Shown here one piece after another: positions 19,574 to 30,347 of a DNA stretch of 64,000 nt. Source of the stretch: an uncultured delta proteobacterium (GTDB taxonomy: Bacteria > Desulfobacterota > Desulfobacteria > Desulfobacterales > SG8-13); assembly GCA_963848135.1 (NCBI GenBank), contig CAWKCK010000005.1, positions 372,001-436,000 of the forward strand, read 5' to 3'. The first letter of the stretch is position 1. Every line of letters begins with the position of its first letter. The notes under the pieces were generated by a model. The model saw nothing but the letters and a program-made list of their open reading frames with translations. It made no database searches and was not told where the DNA came from. A program made the position numbers and the translations under genes.

Positions 19574-20096
19574 TAGGATTTTCCGATTAAACGGTATAAT
19601 TTCGATGGATGATTCACAGAACCCAAAAAAAACGCAGGCGGGACGTTCTTATTTTTTTCAATTGATTTACGGTAAAACCCGCCTTTCGAGATATTTATCT
19701 CGATACAGAACCCAAACCCCGTGTTACGCCTGAGCGCTGATTCCCGATCACGTTCACTTCCTGCTTATCCGCTTTTCAATAATAATTTCGGACATCCCTC
19801 CATATCGCCGCCTCGCACCCATTCCCACGATGATACACCGCCTGCAGTCCGGCGACGTAATGGCGTTTGAACACTGCCACCGCCGTCACGGCTGCCTTTT
19901 ACAGAATCACTATTAAAATCCGTCTTGCGCCACAGAAATAATATTTTACCGGATCTTTAACCTACCTTTAATCAATCGATACACGAGCTGTTTATGTTTC
20001 GATCAGTCGAATGCGGTCCTATCAGACAACCGTATTCTCCGACGGGTCTGGATGATCCGATTGAATCCCAAAATTCTTACGGAAAAGGAGGCCACC

Positions 20097-20828
20097 ATGA
20101 AAAGAAAGTTACTCGGAACGATTTTTGGTTTGTTGATTTTGACATCGTTTGCTGTCGGTCAGGCATCTGCCGCAGAGTTCAACGTCACGGTGAAAAACCT
20201 GACGAACGGCACCTGGTTCACGCCACTTTTAATCACGGCCCATGACAGACACACCGATTTGTTCGAAACCGGCGAACCGGCCTCTGAAGCGCTGCAGGCA
20301 ATGGCCGAAGGAGGAGACACTACCGGATTGGTATACATTGTGGGTGGGGAAGATGCCGATACCGTTGCACTCCCGGCCGGTGATCTGCTCCCTCCCGGAA
20401 AATCGACAGTCGAAGTGTTTCTGAACACCGACCGAACCCGCAACAGGTATTTGTCGATTGTGGCGATGCTGCTGCCCACAAACGATGGATTTGTGGGACT
20501 GGATTCGTTGCGCATCCCCAGAATTCCAGGGACCTACACCTATTACCTGAACGGTTACGACGCCGGCACCGAGGCCAATACTGAACTCATTAATGGCGCG
20601 GGCACACCAGGAGAGCTGGGCATTCCGGCCGCTCCGGGGGGTGATGGCGGAACCGGTGGAACAGGTGCGGCCGCTATCGACACCAACACCACCGTGCACG
20701 TTCACCGCAGCGTTGTAGGGGATACCGATTCCAAAGGCGGTATCAGCGACCTGAACAGCACCATTCATCGCTGGCTGAACCCGGTTGCAGAAGTAATCAT
20801 CACGGTTTATCACGGTCGCCGGCGGTAA
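20097..20828 (+). CDS. Secreted spondin-domain protein
   Basis: Signal peptide ending ASA; LQAMAEGGD, MLLPTNDGFVG, YDAGTEAN; RBS AAGGAGG. Confidence 0.85.
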   Translation: MKRKLLGTIFGLLILTSFAVGQASAAEFNVTVKNLTNGTWFTPLLITAHDRHTDLFETGEPASEALQAMAEGGDTTGLVYIVGGEDADTVALPAGDLLPPGKSTVEVFLNTDRTRNRYLSIVAMLLPTNDGFVGLDSLRIPRIPGTYTYYLNGYDAGTEANTELINGAGTPGELGIPAAPGGDGGTGGTGAAAIDTNTTVHVHRSVVGDTDSKGGISDLNSTIHRWLNPVAEVIITVYHGRRR

Positions 20829-20968
20829 AAGATGAACCTATGTTACGAATACGATGCAAAGAGCAGCTAATACGACTTCAGTCCAGGACCAGGAACCAAA
20901 AAAAAACTGTCTGATCTGAACCGATTGCAGGACCCATCTTACGACTCTTTTATCGATTAATCAGCTTG

Positions 20969-21011
20969 ACAGTGCCCACCAGTTTTCTTCTGGCGGGCAC
21001 TGTTTGTTTTT
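20969..21011 (+). terminator. Rho-independent terminator
   Basis: ACAGTGCCCACCAG / CTGGCGGGCACTGT stem followed by TTGTTTTT. Confidence 0.7.
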
Positions 21012-21259
21012 GAACTATGGAACATCTACGAGACTTAAGGTTTCAAACCAATTTACTTGGTCGGAATCGGCGGGACCGGGGGTGTCAAAACAACAAGGGG
21101 ACAAATGGATTGAAGATTATTGGATTATACAAGTACGTCCTGGTATAATATATTGTCCGCGTACCTCGGCTTTCGACAACTGGTGATCAAAGAGTGTGAT
21201 GGGGGAGCGTCAGAAGGCCCCTGACTCTATTTCTATATGCACCCTGTAGGGAAAATAAG

Positions 21260-22096
21260 ATGAACCTGGAACTCATCTTTGCCGCCAGCCTGGTGGCTGC
21301 TTTCATCTTCTGGTATGCCTGCGGACTGATCCTTGCCCGGATACCGCGTGGACTTCTCCGCGCAACAGGTATCGCTCTATTTTGCTCACCGGGATTTATC
21401 ATCGGTCATGGTTTCGCCGTGGTCCCAAGCCTGTTCGCCCTTTTCGTGCAGCCCTCGATATTTACGCTGGGGCCCATACTGGTCGTATGGCTCATCGCTT
21501 TGGGAATCATTTTCGGCGTACCGGCACTGCGCAACCATCGCAGCAAATGGCCGCCTACAGGCGAGGATATCTTTCTGAGGGCCTATGCCCCGAAGTTCCT
21601 CTTCTTCGGGATAGTCGCCGCTATACTGATGCTGGCATTGATGTACACCGAGCAACGGCGCGCCCTGTGGGTCGTGGTGTTCAAGTACGGACTGTTCTTC
21701 GGCGGTGCGGTGTTCAATTTGACACTGTGCTACGGGGCCACCCGCACCCAGCAGGCCAATCCATTGCTGACCCCCCTTCTCTTTTCCGCTCCCGCCTTTT
21801 TTGCGACCGCACCCACGGTACCTTTCATGTGGTACGGGGGCGGCGCTATCGGCGGACTTATCGGCAGCGAACGCTACCGTATCGCGGCCTGGATCTCGCT
21901 GGGCGTTTTCGCGCCCCTGTGCGCCTACGCAACGTTTCGAATCTACTTGGCCGCCACTGCAGCGCCGCATGTCAAGATTGGGGGCGGCGTGGCGGGTAAC
22001 GCCGCAATGGCGGCCGTCTACGGCGGCTTGGGTGCTGTGGCGTGGTGGGCGCTAAAGCGTCACTCGCCGGGCAAATCAAGTAAAAAGCCGTCTTAG
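21260..22096 (+). CDS. Hypothetical polytopic membrane protein
   Basis: 278 aa, about 8 hydrophobic segments; GC-richer than flanks. Confidence 0.65.
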   Translation: MNLELIFAASLVAAFIFWYACGLILARIPRGLLRATGIALFCSPGFIIGHGFAVVPSLFALFVQPSIFTLGPILVVWLIALGIIFGVPALRNHRSKWPPTGEDIFLRAYAPKFLFFGIVAAILMLALMYTEQRRALWVVVFKYGLFFGGAVFNLTLCYGATRTQQANPLLTPLLFSAPAFFATAPTVPFMWYGGGAIGGLIGSERYRIAAWISLGVFAPLCAYATFRIYLAATAAPHVKIGGGVAGNAAMAAVYGGLGAVAWWALKRHSPGKSSKKPS

Positions 22097-22165
22097 ACCC
22101 CGTATTGAGGGAGACATAGGGACGTCCCTTTTATGTTCCGTAATGCGGGCCTTCTGGTTAACGGA

Positions 22166-24223
22166 TTATTCGTTCAAGGCTTTCCGGATGGCATCGGCAA
22201 TATCGTTTATCAGTATCGGTTTCATGACAAAGCCCTTGATTCCCATATCAGCAGCCCTCGTCGGGTCAATTTGCTGGCTATACCCGGAGCATATTATGAC
22301 CGGAAGGTCCGGTCTCATCGCCATAAGCGCTCTGGCGAGTGCATCTCCGGTCATGCCGGGCATCGTTTGATCCGTAATCACCAGATCGAAATCGTCGGGT
22401 TTGGCTTTGAACAGTTCAAGTGCCTCAATCGGGCTGGTCCGCACCGTAACATCGTACCCTAATCGTTCCAGTACTTTCTGACCGATGTCGACCAGCATTT
22501 CTTCGTCATCCACAAACAGGATGCGTTCGTTGCCTCCCAAAGGCAATTCAGTCTGATCGATTGAATCGGGAGCGGCCTGATCGATTCTGGGCAAATATAT
22601 ATGAAACGTGGCACCTTTTCCCGGCGCACTTTCGACCTTTATTGCCCCGCCATATTTCTTGATGATTCCATGGACCACAGCGAGACCTAAACCCGTTCCG
22701 ACGCCCTTTTCTTTGGTCGTAAAATAAGGGTCGAAAATCCGTTTCAGTATTTCAGGCGGCATCCCCGCACCCGTGTCTCTGATGGAAACTTTGATATACG
22801 GCCCAAGGTTCAAGCCCATAAAGTCATCAATTTGCGTGTGATCGATTTCAGTATTTTGCACATCGATCTCCAGAATACCTTCCTTATCTCCTATGGCATG
22901 GACGGCATTGGTGCAAAGGTTCATTATGATTTGGTGAAGTTCGACCGAATTGGCCAAGACAGCTCCGGCCTTCTCCCCACTGCGGGTTTTGATTTCTATC
23001 GTTACCGGGATGGTGGCGCGCAAGAATTTGACAGCTTCCTTGACAACCAGCCAGACTCTGACGGGCATCCTTTCCTCATCTGTCTGCCGGCTGAACGCAA
23101 GAATTTGTTTGACCAGGTCTTTGGCCCTGCTGGATGCCATTAATGCTTCTTTGAGTTCAGCAACGCAACTCTCCGACCCTTCGCTGAGCGCAGCCAGCTC
23201 GATATAGCCGATTATTGCTGAAAGAATATTGTTGAAATCGTGGGCAATGCCGCCAGCCAAAGCGCCGATGGCTTCCATTTTCTGTGCTTGTTGAAGTTGC
23301 ATTTCTAACTTTTTCTGCTCGGATAGATCCTGAAAAATCGTCAGAATATATTCTTCTCCCTTTATTTTTACCAGCCGCGAAAACATGTGGGTGTGCAGAA
23401 TAGAACCGTCGCCGGCGGTGAAATCCATTTCAAACCCGACGAGTTTTCCCGTCTTCTCCAGCTTTGAAGTAAATTGGTTCCGCTTTGTGCGGGTATAGAA
23501 TCCAAGATCCACTGGAGATTTACCGATAATTTTTTCCCTCTGAAATTTAAACAATTCGCAAAACTTATCATTTACGTCGACAATGGCGGAGGATTCCATC
23601 CGGACCAGAGCGATCGCCTGAGGAGATAGATCGAAAAGCGTGCGGAACTTGCCTTCGCTCTCCACCAGGGCGTCCTGGGCTTGTTTTTGCTCGGTAACAT
23701 CCATTATGACGCCATCGTAAAACAAAACATTGTCGAACTCATCTTTGACGGCCACTGTGGAAACCGAACCGATGAAAATGGTGCCGTCTTTTCTTTTTAA
23801 CCTCAGTTCTTCGTTGACCACGAAGCCCTCTCTTTTCATTTTTTCGCTAAACTTACGGCGGTCATCCGAATTTTGATAAAGGTCAACAACTGGAGAATTG
23901 AAAAATTCCTCCTTGCTGTCAAAACCGAACATGTCGACAATGGCTGAATTGGCCGCGATGCACCGTCCCTCGGGTCCTGAGGTGTTTCGATATATTCCAA
24001 CGTTAAGGTTATTTGCTAAACCTTGAAACCGATTTTCCCTTTTCTGAGGGGCGGCAGTCCGTTGAGCGGTTCCGTCGGGCAGCGCCGATTCTGCCGCGCT
24101 CGATGTTAAATCTCCCTCCGGGTATGCATCTAATTCCCTTTGTAGCCCTGCCAATTCGGCTTTTATCTCGGCGACCCGAGTGTGCCGGCGGGATTGCTCA
24201 TTATCCATTTTATCGTTCTCCAT
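22166..24223 (-). CDS. PAS-PAS hybrid sensor histidine kinase/response regulator
   Basis: Two PAS domains; GGIAHDFNNIL, NLCTNA, DTGAGM, FDPYFTTK, GTGLGL; receiver LFVDDE...TDQTMP. Confidence 0.95.
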   Translation of the reverse strand: MENDKMDNEQSRRHTRVAEIKAELAGLQRELDAYPEGDLTSSAAESALPDGTAQRTAAPQKRENRFQGLANNLNVGIYRNTSGPEGRCIAANSAIVDMFGFDSKEEFFNSPVVDLYQNSDDRRKFSEKMKREGFVVNEELRLKRKDGTIFIGSVSTVAVKDEFDNVLFYDGVIMDVTEQKQAQDALVESEGKFRTLFDLSPQAIALVRMESSAIVDVNDKFCELFKFQREKIIGKSPVDLGFYTRTKRNQFTSKLEKTGKLVGFEMDFTAGDGSILHTHMFSRLVKIKGEEYILTIFQDLSEQKKLEMQLQQAQKMEAIGALAGGIAHDFNNILSAIIGYIELAALSEGSESCVAELKEALMASSRAKDLVKQILAFSRQTDEERMPVRVWLVVKEAVKFLRATIPVTIEIKTRSGEKAGAVLANSVELHQIIMNLCTNAVHAIGDKEGILEIDVQNTEIDHTQIDDFMGLNLGPYIKVSIRDTGAGMPPEILKRIFDPYFTTKEKGVGTGLGLAVVHGIIKKYGGAIKVESAPGKGATFHIYLPRIDQAAPDSIDQTELPLGGNERILFVDDEEMLVDIGQKVLERLGYDVTVRTSPIEALELFKAKPDDFDLVITDQTMPGMTGDALARALMAMRPDLPVIICSGYSQQIDPTRAADMGIKGFVMKPILINDIADAIRKALNE

Positions 24224-24470
24224 TTCCGAAACAACTCTTTCTAAAACATATTAGATACATATATGAAAGTTTTGCGTTTGATTCATTGGCGACTTTCAAT
24301 CCGCCAGACGGAAGAGGGCTCTGGCACCTGAAACTGACTTGAAAAGTATAATTTATGAATGAGTCGCAAGATACTACAATTCATGCGATGTTGCGAAGCA
24401 TTAAAATAATTATCACCAGATCTTCGTTTTCATTCGGAAAGACCACCCCGGTGGGATAGGGTGTTGTTAA

Positions 24471-24632
24471 CAGCTGTTGAAAAACTATTGCGCTTGAGAA
24501 TACGGCGTTAATGGCTGAACCGCGGAACCCTACCCCCGCTTCGGCGAAAATGCTCATTTATCACACATAAACTCCGCTTTTTACCGGATTTTGCCTTGTC
24601 TTGCCCTCGCTCAGGACGTTTTTAACACCCTG
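24471..24632 (+). mobile_element. MITE family A, copy 1 (162 bp)
   Basis: CAGCTGTTGAAAAA...TTTTTAACACCCTG IRs; TTAA on both sides; homologous to 38853 and 62529. Confidence 0.85.
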
Positions 24633-24867
24633 TTAATGTGAGAACCCGAAAACAAAAAGATATGAGGGCGATGGCTGCGGTCAAACCGGCAACATTGGAT
24701 GATTTTCTGCAGATCATATTGACTTCTTTTAGATCTGCCGAAAATAATTTATGAAATATGCAGGCTAAAGCCCAGCGATACTGTGCGGTTTTCCTGTATT
24801 GAATCCGCGGTGGGATATGCCGCAATCAGCGGCGAGAAGGTTGTAAATCAAAAGCGGTGTGTTATCG

Positions 24868-25425
24868 CTATTTCATTACGACACCGTCGTACTTTAGGAT
24901 ATCGGCAAATGCATCTGGATTTTCCCTAACATCCTTAAAGTATTCATCTATGGCTTGCTGATATAATTTAGGGTCCATATCTTCTTGCCCTGATTTGGGA
25001 TCATATTCCAAATATCGACAACCCTTCATTGCTTTTGTCGCATCTTCGGGTGTCATTGGATAGAATCCAGATGATCTGGCACGCCACATACCCATGGCGA
25101 TTCCTTCGCCAAGGAAATATGTTTTCCCAGGTTTAAAATCAAAATGAGCAACACACGTGTTCTCAGTTGCTACCACAACATAATGCGGTCCTGGTGTGAC
25201 TGTCGTTACAAAATAAGTTTTTCCCATTGTTTCGCCGATTAGCTTTTCGTCTAAGTAATTCCAGAAGACGATAGCCCCGCCAAAATGAGTATCGCGAATA
25301 ATTATGAGTGTCGCTTTGTCAGTCTGGAAATTTAGATCCGGAGCTTTTTCAGGCTTGACCATATGAGTGGTTGCACAGCTTGTTAACAGGAAGATAATAG
25401 AAATGACAAGAATCGCTTTTTTCAT
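24868..25425 (-). CDS. Lipoprotein (DUF2846-like)
   Basis: Lipobox LTSC; IGET.GKTYF...PG.H motif. Confidence 0.75.
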   Translation of the reverse strand: MKKAILVISIIFLLTSCATTHMVKPEKAPDLNFQTDKATLIIIRDTHFGGAIVFWNYLDEKLIGETMGKTYFVTTVTPGPHYVVVATENTCVAHFDFKPGKTYFLGEGIAMGMWRARSSGFYPMTPEDATKAMKGCRYLEYDPKSGQEDMDPKLYQQAIDEYFKDVRENPDAFADILKYDGVVMK

Positions 25426-26114
25426 ACCTCACCTTGGCCCATTGAAATTGTTTTTTCCAGGTATTTCAATTCACGCGCAATATCTCTGTATTCTAGATCA
25501 AGTGATTTCAGTTCAGATCGTATTTCGGTCCTTTGCGCGTCATTCAGGTAATCCGCATACAGCGCCTTTTCTTTTTTGCTTATTTTTCGTTCTAATTTTT
25601 CCAGGCGTCGTTGGAGTGCGGCAATTTTCGACTCATGTTCGTGGAGCTCTTTTCCTTTTATGTAACCAATTTTAAAATCCTTATCCAACTCGGTAGGACA
25701 AACATTCCGGTATGCTCGCCCCTGGCGTCCAATCTCATAGCCGTTCTCTTGCGAGCAGTATATTTGCAATCCATTATGGTAGCCGGTTCGGAAGTTCTTC
25801 TCGAATTGGGAAGAACAAACGGATTGATAGGCAATCCCCTTGCTTCCCAGATCAAAACCTTTTTGCTCTGTGCAATAAGACTTCAAACCCATGTCATGCC
25901 CCTGGTAGTAGGCCTGGCGGTCTGCGCTAACGCCATGCTCCAGGCAGGATTTGGCGCGATCATGAAATGCCGTCCGAGGTTTCCCGCGCATTCCATCCAT
26001 GCGGCCGGTTTCAAGCCAGTCTGTCACCAGGCAATCCTCTTTGGATACGGTTGCGCAACCGACCAAAATGAGTAAAAATGCCAGAGTTGAGATGATACCC
26101 TTAAATTTTTGCAT
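25422..26114 (-). CDS. DUF2799-like lipoprotein
   Basis: LVGCAT.SKEDC...W...G..DG; repeated Y..G...G...YC....G...G..G; coiled-coil tail. Confidence 0.8.
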   Translation of the reverse strand: MQKFKGIISTLAFLLILVGCATVSKEDCLVTDWLETGRMDGMRGKPRTAFHDRAKSCLEHGVSADRQAYYQGHDMGLKSYCTEQKGFDLGSKGIAYQSVCSSQFEKNFRTGYHNGLQIYCSQENGYEIGRQGRAYRNVCPTELDKDFKIGYIKGKELHEHESKIAALQRRLEKLERKISKKEKALYADYLNDAQRTEIRSELKSLDLEYRDIARELKYLEKTISMGQGEV

Positions 26115-26276
26115 GATGGCTTCCTTTTGCTGAACTCATCAGGTAACGCAGCACAATTAGGCGATTTGGGGGCTGAATCGAATCGATGGACTGATTATGT
26201 TTATCATCGTCCAAAGAGGAGGAAAACTTTAGGTATGACTAAATGAGGACTCGAAGAGTTTTCATTAAACGGGAGT

Positions 26277-26420
26277 GGAGCAGCGCGACATGTGATGCTC
26301 CGGGGGCATGCAGTGTCGCAAAATATTCGCGGATGCCAAAAACCGCGACAATTTTTTCAAACGCATGGCGGTAGCTTTTGACGGTCTGCCAAACCTGATG
26401 CGTCGAATATTGAAAGGAAT
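26277..26420 (+). pseudogene. Remnant of a REP-associated tyrosine transposase (RAYT) N-terminus
   Basis: With one frameshift reads GAARHVMLRG/MQCRKIFADAKNRDNFFKRM...LMRRILKG, resembling the PG..HH...RG..R..IF....DR..F..RL and MRRLL.G motifs; HUH segment missing. Confidence 0.45.
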
Positions 26421-26422
26421 AT

Positions 26423-26614
26423 ATGAATCGTTATCATAACCGCTTCTGGGTGGATTTTCTTGGAAGAATTGGGGCGCCAATGTTCGCCGCAACTCTGGTC
26501 GGTTGTCTTATATCGGAACAATTCACTTATATCCATGGCCTGCTTTTGCTCATTGGAATTATATTTATGGGTATCAGCCATTGGTATGAATACCATCAGG
26601 TAAAAAAATTATAG
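26423..26614 (+). CDS. Small two-TM hypothetical protein
   Basis: 63 aa; RBS AAAGGA; two hydrophobic segments. Confidence 0.45.
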   Translation: MNRYHNRFWVDFLGRIGAPMFAATLVGCLISEQFTYIHGLLLLIGIIFMGISHWYEYHQVKKL

Positions 26615-26772
26615 CAGGCATTCATAGGTATAATACTACGGCTGCACCCTTGAGTGCCTTGCCAATGAATCCCTCAGGGGCGTGAAACATCCGGGTTAAG
26701 CTTTACAAATTAGGTCTTCAAATAGGTCATCACATCGAGTACAAGCTTTCCTCTTTGCAAAGCACCTCTCAG

Positions 26773-28521
26773 TCAACCGCGTTCTGGCCGCCCCATCTCG
26801 ACAATTTTTTGTGCGTATTTCTGACGTAATCGATCCAGCACTTTTTCATCGATCGGGCCCTTCCAGGTACTGATATCTGTGAATCGCTTCGGAATCTCTA
26901 TGGTGGTCGGATCATAACCGGTCGCCAGCCGGATGTGCCACCGGCGTTCCTGCAAGCCCTGTGATACTTTCGGAATGGTCTCTGCGAGCGTGTCGTACCT
27001 CACCGCATGGAGGCACTCTGCCAGGAGTTCTTTTTTGTAAACACTGCGGGCAAAAAGACAGGCCACCATGGACGTCAAAAAAACCCGCTCCTGCTCGTCT
27101 TTCACCAGAAATTCGACGGCATCGTCAGGGTCTATGGCTTCGAATTTCTGATCGTAGGAATAGCCGCTGGAGTCAAGGTGCGAATGCCGGAAGCCCAGGG
27201 CCTGGGAAACGAAATAAACCTCGCCGGTGGCGTAACCGGCCATTTCCTGGCCCAAAACGCAGGCAAACTCCTTTCCCCCGTAATGGCCGGCGGCCTTTGC
27301 GGTTCCCTGAGCCAATAACTGGTAAAATTCATTCGATCCTGCGGCAAGATGCCAGACGGCCTCAGTGTAGATCTTGGCTTCTCCGAACTTCAAGGGGACC
27401 AGGGTGTCTTCTTCCTTGACGATGTCATGCGCCAACGCTTCGGTGGCCCAGGCCAGGGCAACCCCTGCAGCCATAACGTCTAGTCCGGTTTGCTCGACAG
27501 TATCCATGATGTCGAGCACGGCAAAAGGATCGGTCACGCCGAGCATGGCACCAGTGGCAAAGATCGGCTCGTAATCGTAGGCCACCTGGCGATAGAAATA
27601 CTGATTGGGTTCCATGAACTTCTCGCGCACGAAACCCACATGAATGCATCCCACCGGGCAGCCGGAGCAAGCCGTGTTGCGCAAAAGGGTTTGCTCGGCA
27701 AAACTCTCACCGGTAATGGCTTCGATTTTCGGATCGGTCGTTTGCTGAAGGTTACGAATCGGCAGGGCTTTCAATCCGTTCAAAACCGCGACGTTCGCCG
27801 CGGTCCCCAGGTTGTGGTACTTATGCATCATCTCCGTATCGGTAAGTTGCAGATGCACCTTCTCGAATAGTTTAGCGTATGCCTTTCCTTCCGGAAGCGC
27901 AAACGTGCCATCTCCCTGGATGACGATGGCTTTGAGGTTCTTGGCCCCCATCACCGCCCCACCCCCGAGTCTTCCAAAATGGCGATACGTGTCGACGTTG
28001 ATGCCGGCCATGGCGGACCCCTGCTCACCGGCCAAACCGATACGCAGTATGCTGCGGTGCCCAGACCCCTTGAACATGCGCCGTAACAGTTTACCGGTGG
28101 TGCCCACGTCCTTGCCCCACAGGTAGTGAACATCCTTGATCTCGAGATGTCGCGATCCGATAGAAAGGCAGACCGGCCGCTCAGCCCGGCCGGTGACAAC
28201 TAAAGCATCCAGATCGGCAAAACGCAAGGAAAGGGCGCTCCGACCGCCGGCATGGCTTTCGGCATATTGATCATGGTAGGGCGACTTGAAGGCGCAGACG
28301 GTCTTGCTCATCAATGGAAAATACCCCGTCAGGGGACCGATGGCGAAAATGATCGGCTGGTGCGGATCGTTCCAGGGCTGATCGAACTGACCGTAGCGCT
28401 CGAAGAGGACGGCTGCCAAGCCGCTACCACCCACGTGCATACTGCGACCTTCCACCCTCTCGACAGTGCCGCGGCCAGCGGACAAATCCACAACCAGCAC
28501 TCTGAAATCATCTCGGATCAT
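26773..28521 (-). CDS. Aldehyde:ferredoxin oxidoreductase family (W/Mo-pterin)
   Basis: GGSGLA, AIGPLTG, ESHAGG, GRLGGGAVMGAKNLKAIV, CSGCPVGC, D..EQ.GLD. Confidence 0.92.
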   Translation of the reverse strand: MIRDDFRVLVVDLSAGRGTVERVEGRSMHVGGSGLAAVLFERYGQFDQPWNDPHQPIIFAIGPLTGYFPLMSKTVCAFKSPYHDQYAESHAGGRSALSLRFADLDALVVTGRAERPVCLSIGSRHLEIKDVHYLWGKDVGTTGKLLRRMFKGSGHRSILRIGLAGEQGSAMAGINVDTYRHFGRLGGGAVMGAKNLKAIVIQGDGTFALPEGKAYAKLFEKVHLQLTDTEMMHKYHNLGTAANVAVLNGLKALPIRNLQQTTDPKIEAITGESFAEQTLLRNTACSGCPVGCIHVGFVREKFMEPNQYFYRQVAYDYEPIFATGAMLGVTDPFAVLDIMDTVEQTGLDVMAAGVALAWATEALAHDIVKEEDTLVPLKFGEAKIYTEAVWHLAAGSNEFYQLLAQGTAKAAGHYGGKEFACVLGQEMAGYATGEVYFVSQALGFRHSHLDSSGYSYDQKFEAIDPDDAVEFLVKDEQERVFLTSMVACLFARSVYKKELLAECLHAVRYDTLAETIPKVSQGLQERRWHIRLATGYDPTTIEIPKRFTDISTWKGPIDEKVLDRLRQKYAQKIVEMGRPERG

Positions 28522-28961
28522 GGTGCCGCCTCCCTCGGTTCCCTTTTCGGATCCGGCGTGCCGGGCACATCGACCAACTCTAGGCAGTCATGCGGGCAGA
28601 ACGGAACGCAACGGCCGCAATGGATACACACGAAAGGCTCACCTGTGGGATCGAGATAGATGGCATCCACCGGACAGGCCTCATCGCAGGCACCGCAGCG
28701 AATGCAAAGGCTTTTTTTCACGATCACACCGCCACCTTTGCGTTGGGAATAGGCTCCAGTGGGGCAGACCGCAACACAGGGCGCAGGATCGCAGGCAAGA
28801 CAGGGTTTGGCTTCGAAGCCGGTGGACAATCCACCCGAAGACAGGATACGTATGCCGGCGGTGTCCCAGGACAGGCGCTTGTGCACCAGACGGGCACACG
28901 CCAGAGAACAGGCATGGCAACCGATACAGCGCTCCATTCTCGGGGTGGTCAATATCTTCAA
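28518..28961 (-). CDS. 4Fe-4S multicluster ferredoxin-like subunit
   Basis: CIGCHACSLAC, CLACDPAPCVAVCP, CIRCGACDEACP, CIHCGRCVPFCP; probable TTG start after AGGGGA; ATGA overlap with the AOR gene. Confidence 0.9.
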   Translation of the reverse strand: MKILTTPRMERCIGCHACSLACARLVHKRLSWDTAGIRILSSGGLSTGFEAKPCLACDPAPCVAVCPTGAYSQRKGGGVIVKKSLCIRCGACDEACPVDAIYLDPTGEPFVCIHCGRCVPFCPHDCLELVDVPGTPDPKREPREAAP

Positions 28962-29177
28962 TGGGAATCCCCTGATCGGACTGAAATGAATAGATTCAAA
29001 AAAATCGGAATGCCCTGAAAGATGGGAACTTTCTTTAGGTATAGAGCGAGTGTGGCAGGAATGTATTTGCGTGTCAATAACCATACAGGGCCGAAAGACA
29101 TCGGTCGTACCGCCGTTGACACTATCCTGCGGCAATAGTAAAGGTTTTATATTTTTCAAACATGGAGGTTACCCGGG

Positions 29178-30251
29178 ATGAAACCGACCGTTTTTCTGGC
29201 AAAGGTAGCCGACGGCGCACCGGTCGCCGACCAGGCTAAAGCCCTGTCAGCCGTTCTGGCGGCGACACGGTTTGTAGAACGGCTGCGCGCCCTCGACATG
29301 CTGGCCGTCAAGGTGCACGTTGGAGAAAAAAACAATACCACCCACATCAAGCCCGAGCTGGCGGCCGCGGTCGTCAAAGTCGCAAAGACCACCGGCGCCC
29401 AGCCCTTCATCACCGACACTGCCACTCTTTACAAGGGCGAGCGGGAGAACGCCATTAAACACACGATTCATGCCTACCGCCACGGTTTTCATTATCGCCG
29501 GACCGGGGCCCCCTTCATCGCGGTGGACGGCCTCGCCGGCACCGACGAAGCGGAAGTGGCCATTAGCGGTGAACTCCACGACAGCGTCAAAGTGGCCGGC
29601 CAGATTCTGCTGGCCGATGCCATGGCGGTCATCAGCCATGCCACCGGTCACATGGGTAGCGGCATCGGAGCGGCAATCAAAAACGTCGGAATGGGACTTT
29701 CGTCCCGCTCCGGAAAAATGCGCCAGCACAGCGCCATCACCCCGGAGGTGGATTCAGGCAAATGTATAAACTGCGCTAAATGCCGTAAATGGTGCCCCAC
29801 CAATGCCATCAGTGAACAGGAAGGGGTCTCCTATATCGCCCGGGAGAACTGCATCGGATGCGGCGAATGTATTGCGGTCTGTCGATACGGGGCGGTCAAG
29901 TACGACTGGGAAATCGAATCGGCCGTCCTGCAGCGGAGTATGGCCGAACACGCCGCCGGGGTGGTGCGACATTTCGGCCCGAAAGCCGTCTACCTGAACG
30001 TGATGGTCGATATGACCCAGGACTGTGACTGTCTGAATGAAAATCAGAAAAAAGCTGTGCCGGACATCGGCATTCTCGGTTCAACCGACATCGTAGCCAT
30101 CGATCAGGCCACCCTGGACCTCACGGCCCGCATCCACGGCGCGAACCTGGGCGAAAAATTCCACCCGACTCTCGACCCGGCCATACAAATCGTACACGCC
30201 GAAAAGCTGGGCTTGGGGAGCCGAAAATATCAACTGGAAGAAATTCGATAG
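29178..30251 (+). CDS. DUF362 domain protein with 2x[4Fe-4S]
   Basis: AVKVHVGE, TD..TLY.G.R, H..GH.....GAAIKNVGMG, CxxCxxCxxxCP, CDC, S.D.VAIDQA. Confidence 0.9.
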   Translation: MKPTVFLAKVADGAPVADQAKALSAVLAATRFVERLRALDMLAVKVHVGEKNNTTHIKPELAAAVVKVAKTTGAQPFITDTATLYKGERENAIKHTIHAYRHGFHYRRTGAPFIAVDGLAGTDEAEVAISGELHDSVKVAGQILLADAMAVISHATGHMGSGIGAAIKNVGMGLSSRSGKMRQHSAITPEVDSGKCINCAKCRKWCPTNAISEQEGVSYIARENCIGCGECIAVCRYGAVKYDWEIESAVLQRSMAEHAAGVVRHFGPKAVYLNVMVDMTQDCDCLNENQKKAVPDIGILGSTDIVAIDQATLDLTARIHGANLGEKFHPTLDPAIQIVHAEKLGLGSRKYQLEEIR

Positions 30252-30347
30252 ATCGCGTCAACATGACGAGAATAATTAAGGACACGGCTCACATTTTTGA
30301 CAATTTCATATGGATCGTACAATTCAATAGGCTAAATTTTTAAGAGT

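Noticed and set aside
19700..19930. GC-richer intergenic patch as a gene remnant or riboswitch
   Set aside because: No recognisable protein motif in the frames I read and no aptamer consensus
26136..26200. Possible integron attC site, also the GTTAGAAC on the minus strand near 33198-33205
   Set aside because: Core-like heptamers are present, but I could not pair convincing R and L boxes and no integron integrase is in the window
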